A stretch of DNA of 63,044 nucleotides, counting the filler, from NCBI GenBank assembly GCA_964501035.1. It is 22 parts of 22 records of this genome, joined end to end, with 100 filler letters (N's around TTAATTAATTAA, not from the genome) between each part and the next. Parts side by side here need not be neighbours in the genome. Positions count along the whole stretch, not along the records: positions 53,492 to 55,833 come from CAZCRK010000124.1; positions 55,934 to 58,274 come from CAZCRK010000125.1; positions 58,375 to 60,682 come from CAZCRK010000126.1; positions 60,783 to 63,044 come from CAZCRK010000127.1; 18 more parts are not named here. One strand, written 5' to 3'. Position numbers and translations under genes: made by a program. Shown piece after piece: positions 55,059-63,044 of this stretch; position 1 is the first letter of the stretch, and every line of letters begins with the position of its first letter. A model generated the notes under the pieces. The model was not told the origin of the DNA. It saw only the letters and a program-made list of their open reading frames with translations, and did not search any database.

Positions 55059-55155
55059 GTCTGAATCAGGATTTTCAAGATGTTAAGAATATTAGGATAT
55101 TACATTCTGTTTTTATCCTGCCTATCCTTTAATCCTGTGTATCCGAATTTTGACA
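55059..55155. repeat. Solo degenerate GGAT/ATCC fold-back repeat related to 41098 and 41595
   Basis: GTCTGAATCAGGATT...ATCCGAATTTTGACA with ~9-nt periodic GGAT-like and ATCC units. Confidence 0.6.
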
Positions 55156-55164
55156 GTTTCTCAA

Positions 55165-55193
55165 CCTTTCAAAGGTTTGAAACCTTTGAAAGG
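55165..55193. repeat. REP-like nested palindrome
   Basis: CCTTTCAAAGGTTT-G-AAACCTTTGAAAGG, perfect 14-bp arms, each arm itself palindromic. Confidence 0.8.
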
Positions 55194-55209
55194 ATTACAT
55201 TTATTTTCG

Positions 55210-55252
55210 ATTTTGCCTACGGCAAAATAAATAGTCAAATAGACAAATAGTC
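55210..55252 (-). other. 3x 8-bp repeat plus 8-bp stem with GTA triloop downstream of the FISUMP gene
   Basis: AAATAG(T/A)C x3 at 55229-55252; ATTTTGCC-GTA-GGCAAAAT on the minus strand at 55210-55228. Confidence 0.65.
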
Positions 55253-55833
55253 TAATCCCTAACACAGCGCACAACAGACCCGCCTTCCTTATCGTAACCG
55301 TAACGGCCGACTTCTGAATTATTGGAACTCAATCTCCGGAACCACGCACTGCCAGTATCGGTTATGGAAGAAGACCAGAAATAGCCGTAGTTGCCCATAT
55401 AGAGGTAATTACCATTGCTGCTACTACGGTAACCAGCAGGAAGGGCGTTAAAGCCACTTGTGCCAAAATTAGCGTTGTTTTCTAGGTTTCCATCAGACCA
55501 AAGGTCGGCTCTGCCGGCTAGTTGGCTACCTGCATCACTACCTAAATAATTAGTCAATTCTGTCCATTCTTCATCTGTGGGTATATGCCAACCTTCTGGG
55601 GCTAACCCTCTTGCATCATCTACGGCATACCAATTATATAGGTAACCATAGGTGTCTGCATTGCTTTCTTGGTCATCATATACTGCATAAGCACCTGAAC
55701 TGGTGCTATTCCATTGGCTACCGCTTAATCCAGTTGGGATGGGGTCACCATTGCGGTAGTGGGTGGTTTTAAGATTGGTATCACACCATATTTGGTTGCC
55801 AATTTGTATTTCTGAAGCATCACCACCCCAAAC
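55252..55833 (-). CDS. Fib_succ_major (FISUMP) domain protein (5' partial); candidate DGR target
   Basis: Frame open to the contig edge: IGNQIW..NLKTTHYRNGDPI..YGYLYNWYAV..PEGWHIPTDEEW..GFNALPAGYR..FWSSS..VRCVRD. Confidence 0.92.
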   Translation of the reverse strand, partial: VWGGDASEIQIGNQIWCDTNLKTTHYRNGDPIPTGLSGSQWNSTSSGAYAVYDDQESNADTYGYLYNWYAVDDARGLAPEGWHIPTDEEWTELTNYLGSDAGSQLAGRADLWSDGNLENNANFGTSGFNALPAGYRSSSNGNYLYMGNYGYFWSSSITDTGSAWFRRLSSNNSEVGRYGYDKEGGSVVRCVRD

Positions 55834-55933
55834 NNNNNNNNNNNNNNNNNNNNNNNNNNNNNNNNNNNNNNNNNNNNTTAATTAATTAANNNNNNNNNNN
55901 NNNNNNNNNNNNNNNNNNNNNNNNNNNNNNNNN

Positions 55934-56056
55934 GGTATGATGATCGTCATGAAACAATGGTCAAATGTGTTTAATCTTTTTGGATTACTCATTGTTCTTT
56001 CTGCTGGATTGTATTGGTTTTGGTACCGGCACTTATCTAAAGAAGTACGTTTATGA
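55934..56056 (+). CDS. C-terminal fragment of a membrane protein
   Basis: Open hydrophobic frame (FGLLIVLSAGLYWFWY) ending in an ATGA overlap with the GH13 gene. Confidence 0.5.
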   Translation, partial: GMMIVMKQWSNVFNLFGLLIVLSAGLYWFWYRHLSKEVRL

Positions 56057-58274
56057 AAAAAGTCGTTTTAATTGGGCTATTAATCGGGCAGTCATTACCA
56101 CAATCTTTGGATGTAACATTTAGGTATATTACTCATCCAGGGGAAGAGTTTATTCGTATTTTTGTTCCGGGTACGATGCCACCTGGTAGCAATGAAGATT
56201 GGGGACCAAATTCAAATGGAATGATAAGTCCCAATGCTCCTAGTTTAATGAATTATGATGAAGCTATTGATGCCTATAAACGAACTTATTCTTTAAATGT
56301 TGACTCTGAATATTTATATAAAATTCACTATCATTATAATGAATCTGGAACTGACTGGCAATGGGTAAGCGATCCGCTAAATCCCAATGTTACAACGGAT
56401 GGATATGAAAATTCTATTTTAAATTGTACTGATCCCTTATTCTTTCAACCTGTAAGACATATGAATGATGATGGTATGGTTGATGGAATGAGTGTGGGCA
56501 TTTTTACAAATGATAGTATTAATAGTTTAGAATATATCGCAGGTTCAGATTCATCAGATGGAATGGAATTTTTGTCAGCAGATAATATATTTTACGTTGA
56601 ATTCAGTCCCCCCAAGAGTATTTATGAAGCTTACAATATCACAGCAATAATTAACGAAATTGAATATGTTCTTTTAGATTTTCCTGCAATTTCGGTAGAA
56701 GTGGAGCCATTGCCCGAAAATGTAAAATTGGGCCCAAATTGGATTAATAATGAAATGATACTTGCAGTTTATGCACCTGCTCAACCTGTAATGCAAGTGA
56801 TAGTCACTACACCGGGTGAAACTGGGGAAGTATCAAATGCAATTGTTATGAAACGCGACTCTGAACAATCGGATATTTGGTGGACAGAATTAGATCTATC
56901 CTTTGGGCAGTATGAATATGAATATTTATTGATAAATGGTAGCAGGTTACCTGATCCATTCACAAGAAGACTGAGTAATGGTAAAACACGGGTAGAAATT
57001 GGTGCTGGTGGAGTTTCAACAGCGGATGATTATAACTGGCAATCAAATGATTATATCCGCCCCAGTTTAGATACTCTAGTTATTTATGAATTACACGTGG
57101 ATGATTTTGCTGCGCAAGGAAGTGGTCAGGGAACCTTTGATGATGTTATAATACGATTAGATCACTTGAGAGAATCGGGGATAAATGCCATTGAACTTAT
57201 GCCAATTACTGAATTTCCCGGTGGACGTTCCTGGGGTTACAATCCGGAAATTATGTCATCAGTAGAAGCGACATACGGCACACCTGAAAATTTTAAACAA
57301 TTGGTAGATGAGGCACATTCCCGTAATATGGCTGTTATTTTAGATTTGGTATGGAACCATGCAACATCATCTACTCCTCTCTGGCAAATTCAGCCAAATA
57401 ATGATTTAAATCCATATTTTAAAAATTCTAATGACTTAAACCCCAATGAAAATGAAGGCACGTGGGGAATGTTGGATTTCGATCATTTCAATGAAAAAAC
57501 AATTGAATATATCAATGAAGTCCATCGGATTTGGTTGGAAGAATATCGAATTGATGGGTTCCGCTTTGATGCTACAAGATTTGTGGGTTGGGACTTAAAT
57601 CAACCGCAATATGGGCTTCCCGCATGGACAAGTGCCATCCATGAATTGGATTCTAATGTTTACCAAATTGCTGAACACTTGCCATCAGATCCATGGTTAG
57701 TGAATAACACAAGTTTGACTTCCAGTTGGCATGATAGTTTTCATGATCGTTTAATTGACCACATTTTTAGTAGTATTGGTACAATGACTGCTATGCGGCA
57801 AATAATTGGATTATATGAATATTCTAATTGGGGAACCCCTTATGCTGATTTGACTCAAGCTGTAAAATATATGGTTTCTCACGATGAACAATCCTTAATT
57901 CAGGAAATGGTTGAATTTGATGGTGTTTCATTAAGTCAGGCGAGAGAGATCGATAAATTTTATGCATCTTTACTCTTTACAGCTCAAGGCATTCCAATGA
58001 TTTGGCAAGGTCAGGAATTTGGGTTTCAATCGGGATGGCTGGACAATAATGGCAATGGGAATTGGGATGAAGAAAAATTAGGGTATCGACCTGTCGATTG
58101 GTCTTTGTTGAACACAGAAGAAGGGCAATCTCATTTAGATCACTACTCAAGGTTGGCACGATTTAGAAAAATGAATCCAGCCTTTTCTAAAGGAGAATTT
58201 TATGACTTATGGCGGTATTCCAATGAGAGAGTCATCGTGTATGGATATAAAGACGAATCTGAAGGCAACAGTGA
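56053..58274 (+). CDS. Secreted GH13 alpha-amylase-family glycoside hydrolase with N-terminal Ig/CBM48-like domains (3' partial)
   Basis: IYELHVDDF, IELMP, WGY, DLVWNH, DGFRFDA nucleophile, IAEH acid/base, SHDE, PMIWQGQEFG. Confidence 0.92.
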
Positions 58275-58374
58275 NNNNNNNNNNNNNNNNNNNNNNNNNN
58301 NNNNNNNNNNNNNNNNNNTTAATTAATTAANNNNNNNNNNNNNNNNNNNNNNNNNNNNNNNNNNNNNNNNNNNN

Positions 58375-60217
58375 CACAGTCCATGTCAGCGTTACCGCCA
58401 TTACATACACCGCAATCATCTAGAGATGCATAACCACCTATAGTTCCATTACAATCAGTATTACCAAGTAATAAACCATCTGCTGCAGAAGCGACTTCAC
58501 CATCTAAATCACTTAAAACAATATCACTTAAACTTACAGGACCATCACCTCTTACAGTCAATGTTGTCAATAATCCGGATCCTTCTGGGATAATAGCACC
58601 ACTCATTGATACACCGACAACCATTCCTGCATTCGCAGATACCAAGTCAAAATGATCCGCAGCTGCACCACCTGATGCACCCACAATTTCTACGCCATTT
58701 ACATTAAATTGGAAACCTGCAATGTCTTGTGAAAAAGCATAACTAACATCAACGTCATAAGTTGGATTGCATGTATCATAATCATAATCTCCAGCAGCAC
58801 AACAACTATCAAAATTTTCATCAGATCCATCTGCACAATCAGGACCCCAGCCAGCATTACCAAATTCACTTGATCCATCACACCACCAAGATACGTATAC
58901 ACATTCATCACCTGAATCACATGCTGTATAAGAAGCGGATGAACAACCACCATTCCATGTACATGAACCATCATCCATTGTTGCTTCTACATTAAAATTT
59001 TCTGCGGTATCATCTGTACAACCCGCTACTGGAGGAGGACCACCAACTGTTAGGGTCCATGATCCAGAACTTCCTTCTACTGCAAATGATGCAATTAAAT
59101 TACCATCAGAATCAGAAAAAGCAGCTGTATTACCATTCCAGCCATCACCATATGCATCATAGCCATTAAATGTATAATCACCATCAGCTAGACACATGTT
59201 AAATTCTCCTACACCACCAGATGAACCATCCGATAAATCCCAAGAAACTTCACTACCCCAAGATCCACCACCAACTTCAAGCGTAACATCTTCGCCAGCA
59301 CAAGGGCATTCAGCATCACAACTATCACCACAAACAGCAACAGTCATATCTCCACCAGAGACTGTAAATGCATAATTATTATATGGTTCAGCAACGCCAT
59401 TCCAACAATCACCACCAACAGGAGCATGATATACAGTGGAAGAAGCCCAGATATCATACCACCATCCATCGCCATTTGCACATAAAATTACATATTCATA
59501 ATCACCATCTTCTAATTCAAGAGATGTAAGACCATCACCATAGTTAAGACCCCAACCTGACCAACCATCCCACGTACCTGTTAAAGTTACAAAAGCACAA
59601 TCATCTGGAGTGTCTATTTCAAAATTTACTGTAGAAGTTCCACCAGCTGGTGCATCAGTAACATCAAAACCTAAAGATGCTTCATATAAATTTGAGTATG
59701 GACTAAGTGCATCACCTGAAGCTGCTGTTACGGTACCAACATAATCACCATTTACAGAAACATCAGCAGAGCCACCACCATCTCCATAACTATCACCTAC
59801 AATAAATAAATAATTACCTGCAGGTACACTAGCAGACCAATCTTCACATGAATTTGAACCTGCTGTATGCTGTGTCCAGCCATCGGCACCCCATGCCCAC
59901 CAATTTTGTGTATCTAATAAAATCCAATATGTTTCAGAACTCCAATAATCACTACATATAGTTGCATCAACAACACCATCTCTGCTTCCATCAGAAGGAG
60001 CAACTGTAATACGTTCCCATAATTGAGGACCATCAAAATTTGCTGCGTGCACTTCATGCAATTGGTTGTAATAATCATTTTTTTCTTGATCAGGGTGTGG
60101 AGCTTTTTGTCGACCCTGGTTGTTGTATGTATCCGTATTTGCTTCAACTGCAAATAAACAAGTAACTGTGAATAACAAAAATGAAATCCACTTTAACCCT
60201 TTAATAAATGTACACAT
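58375..60217 (-). CDS. Large secreted Cys/Asp/Trp-rich surface protein with an LDL-receptor class A-like module (3' partial)
   Basis: Probable start ATG 60217 (AGGAGG RBS); DSYGDGG/DAYGDGWNG domains; CDSGDECV..WWCDG..DCADGSDE; IAGFQF cohesin-like domain. Confidence 0.8.
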
Positions 60218-60550
60218 ATAATATCTTCCTCCTAAAAAAGATTGTATTCTATATAAAAATAAAAATTTTCCTCCGCATCGCTGGCCTAAATCCAGTAGGA
60301 TTGCAACCACACTTATCCGCATAAGTGTAAACTAATTCTATAAATATTAACTATTTTGATATTAAAATATAGATTCAGTTACAGATTTTAACAATTCTAA
60401 TTTATAGAGATAAGAACTACTATACAATATTTATCTGCACTATAAAATATTAGTATTGATGAAAATCACATCCAACATAAATTAAATAATTAAATTTCAA
60501 ATTTTCCAAAATTTATCAATAGTAAATAATAAATTTATAAATTATAGTTA

Positions 60551-60682
60551 ATGGAACCTGATTTTCTAAGAAAACTCATACCGGTCATCTTTTTATTATT
60601 TTTAGGTTTTATAGAAGTCTTGAATGGATTTTATATCAATAATAAACGTTCCAAAAACGATTACACTATTGAAATAATAAGT
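60551..60682 (+). CDS. N-terminal fragment of a membrane protein (3' partial)
   Basis: ATG followed by a hydrophobic stretch, open to the contig edge. Confidence 0.35.
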
Positions 60683-60850
60683 NNNNNNNNNNNNNNNNNN
60701 NNNNNNNNNNNNNNNNNNNNNNNNNNTTAATTAATTAANNNNNNNNNNNNNNNNNNNNNNNNNNNNNNNNNNNNNNNNNNNNGTAATAATGTATTCACTA
60801 ATAGGAACAGCTTGTCTTGGAATTTATATTCAATTAATTGAAAATAAATG

Positions 60851-60895
60851 AAAAAAAAGCTTGTTTTACACATGAAAAAAGACATATATTATAGT
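60851..60895 (+). promoter_or_regulatory. Putative sigma70-type promoter with an upstream A-tract
   Basis: A8-GC-TTGTTT-N18-TATATT upstream of the helicase. Confidence 0.35.
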
Positions 60896-60952
60896 ATGAG
60901 ATTAATCATAATAAAATTTAAACATAAAATATCAACAGAAAGGGTCAGGTAA

Positions 60953-62983
60953 ATGACTTTAAAAGCTCCGAAAATTAAACCAAAAAGACAACCACGTAAG
61001 GCATCTTCTAAAATTGGAAGGAATGAGAAGGTGTTAATTAAAACTGACGAAGGTAAATTAGTGGTTGCAAAATATAAGAATGTCAAAAATGAAGATTTTG
61101 GAAGACGACTACCATTCAATAAATTACATAGAAATGTATTAAGTTCTGCAAAACCACCTTCAGAGAAGGGTTTGGGTGATAGAACTGCTGGTAGAACTAA
61201 AGCTAGGAAAGTTACAGTTACTCCTGAAGATTTGGAAAGGATATATAATGAGCAAGAAGGAAAATGTGCGCTTACAGGTGTTCATTTAGATTTAAATTTA
61301 CTTTATGTATCAAATGCGATTATGGCGCCTTCAGTAGATAGAATAAATTCTAATGGTGAGTACACTGCGGATGATGTCAATGGACATAATATTCATATTG
61401 TAATGAGAGGTATAAACCATTTTAAAATGGATGCTGGTATGCATGAAACTGCTACTGCGATTCAAGCAATACAAGATGCTAATAAAGATTTGAGTGAACT
61501 TGATTTACCAAACTTTGAATTTAGTTTTCCTGACTACGAAGAGATATTCGAAAATCCAATATCCGAAATCATTATGAAAACAGAATATGGTTATGTTAAA
61601 ATTTTAACTGGTTCAATGAATATCGGTAAAACTTATACTGCTTTCAATACACTAATTCCTGAACTGATGGTTAATAAGGGTGTTAAGTTATTTTATTATT
61701 ACGCTCCTTTGTTAGAAAATATTGATGAAGGTGAATTTAATGATTACATTGAAATGAATGTTAAACCAAAATATGGTTATGAAAACATTGGAGCAGTTAA
61801 GTTACTTACATTGGGTGGTGAAAGTGGATACAATTGGGATCATGTTGAAGAGTATCTTAGAAAAGACTATACAGTTATAGTCGGTTCTACTGATAAAACT
61901 TTGAAAAGAATTATGGATGACAATCGTAAGTTGGAATACATTCAGAATTTAGGTGATAAAGTCTGTATGATTAGAGATGAGATTCACTATGGTTCATGTT
62001 CCGATGCATCGTTATATAAAGATGTAGTTGGTGGTACTGGTACAAAATATAAAGCTCAAATGTTTCATATGTTTTTAAATCTTATTGATACAACTCCGTG
62101 GTTATTTGGATTTAGCGCAACACCAACAAAGGAAATGTTAGATGAAAACTTTGGTGCTGCTGAGTATAAAGTGTTGAATGAATGGGTCGCACCATCTAAT
62201 TTAACAGGAGTTAGTGCGTGGGTAAATAGAATAACTCATTCATTGAATTTACAATCTTATGAAGATGAAACTTATATTCTAGGAAGGTTACAAAGAGTAG
62301 TAAATAGTCTTGTAAATAGAACATCTATTGTTCAGAGATTGGTAGAAACAAATAGTTCAGAATACCCATTTTTGGATAAAGTAGAAACAAAGACGACTGG
62401 TTTGATTGCAGTAGACACAACTGTAGGAGATGGAAATCCAAAGAAGGCTTATCTGAATAAAATATTGAGGTTACTCAAAAAGACTGTTATGCCTGTTAAT
62501 TTTGAATATGTAGAAACTACTAAAGATGGTTGGAAAGTTTATAATCACAAAGGTAAACTTGTGAATCAAGGAAAAGGAAATGGTTGGAAAACACTAATGA
62601 ATAATCCAGATTCAAATGTTAGACTTGTGATTGTAGTTATGAAAGGTTCTATGGGAGTTAATATCCCATCACTAACTGATGGAGTTATCTTTAGAAATCC
62701 AAAAATGAAAGATTCAATGGGTAGTTGGATAGTTAGAAATTCAATTCAATTATTTGGTAGATTTGTTCGTAAAAATTGGGGTGGTTTAACATTGGATGAG
62801 GTACAATATGAATTACCTGGTGAACTTGCAACTGATATACTACATCAACTAAATACATTTGATCTTGATGTGCCTGACTCACCACAGTGGAAACAAACTG
62901 TAGCAGAATTTAACACAGAATATGCTTCACATATGGCTGATATTTTTGGATTCGGTACTCAGAGAAAAACAAAGGTTGATTAA
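60953..62983 (+). CDS. His-Me-finger/HNH-like domain fused to an SF2 DExH helicase
   Basis: EQEGKCALTG..PSVDRINS..NIHIV..IN; Walker A GSMNIGKT; DEIH; SAT; GVNIPSL; QLFGRFVR. Confidence 0.75.
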   Translation: MTLKAPKIKPKRQPRKASSKIGRNEKVLIKTDEGKLVVAKYKNVKNEDFGRRLPFNKLHRNVLSSAKPPSEKGLGDRTAGRTKARKVTVTPEDLERIYNEQEGKCALTGVHLDLNLLYVSNAIMAPSVDRINSNGEYTADDVNGHNIHIVMRGINHFKMDAGMHETATAIQAIQDANKDLSELDLPNFEFSFPDYEEIFENPISEIIMKTEYGYVKILTGSMNIGKTYTAFNTLIPELMVNKGVKLFYYYAPLLENIDEGEFNDYIEMNVKPKYGYENIGAVKLLTLGGESGYNWDHVEEYLRKDYTVIVGSTDKTLKRIMDDNRKLEYIQNLGDKVCMIRDEIHYGSCSDASLYKDVVGGTGTKYKAQMFHMFLNLIDTTPWLFGFSATPTKEMLDENFGAAEYKVLNEWVAPSNLTGVSAWVNRITHSLNLQSYEDETYILGRLQRVVNSLVNRTSIVQRLVETNSSEYPFLDKVETKTTGLIAVDTTVGDGNPKKAYLNKILRLLKKTVMPVNFEYVETTKDGWKVYNHKGKLVNQGKGNGWKTLMNNPDSNVRLVIVVMKGSMGVNIPSLTDGVIFRNPKMKDSMGSWIVRNSIQLFGRFVRKNWGGLTLDEVQYELPGELATDILHQLNTFDLDVPDSPQWKQTVAEFNTEYASHMADIFGFGTQRKTKVD

Positions 62984-63044
62984 TATGAACTACACAACAA
63001 CAAACGGAGCAAAACAACATTCAACATCAAACGATGTATGTGTT

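Noticed and set aside
60218..60322. N-terminal extension of the 667-aa ORF (and similarly 40161-40229)
   Set aside because: Better starts with an RBS and signal peptide lie at 60217 and 40230

Overview
This window is not one locus. It is about 22 unrelated contigs of 2.3-3.2 kb, sorted by decreasing length and joined by artificial 100-nt spacers (44 N + TTAATTAATTAA + 44 N), so adjacency across a spacer means nothing and most edge genes are partial. Most contigs look like a low-GC marine FCB-group bacterium (inferred: Marinimicrobia/SAR406-like, probably from low-oxygen water). They carry narH-J-I-K, atpZ and atpAGD, parAB, a PilQ secretin, TonB-dependent receptors, a HmuY-like lipoprotein, a PorV-like protein with FlgD-Ig-tailed cargo, a GH13 enzyme and large Cys/Asp-rich surface proteins. 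Mixed in are an alphaproteobacterial (SAR11-like) PMM/nrdA contig, several phage-like contigs and one eukaryote- or giant-virus-like contig. Most notable: (1) an unannotated ~420-nt tmRNA on a phage-like contig with a predicted 38-codon tag ending YAYA; (2) a four-pilin cassette linked to that contig by a shared uncharacterised gene family; (3) a single-ORF element with 33-bp inverted repeats encoding a retrotransposon-type Zn-knuckle/restriction-like endonuclease with no visible RT; (4) a GxxExxY nuclease gene bracketed by two 88-bp GGATT/AATCC fold-back direct repeats, with a solo relative elsewhere; (5) two C-type-lectin-fold genes whose 3' ends look like DGR variable regions.
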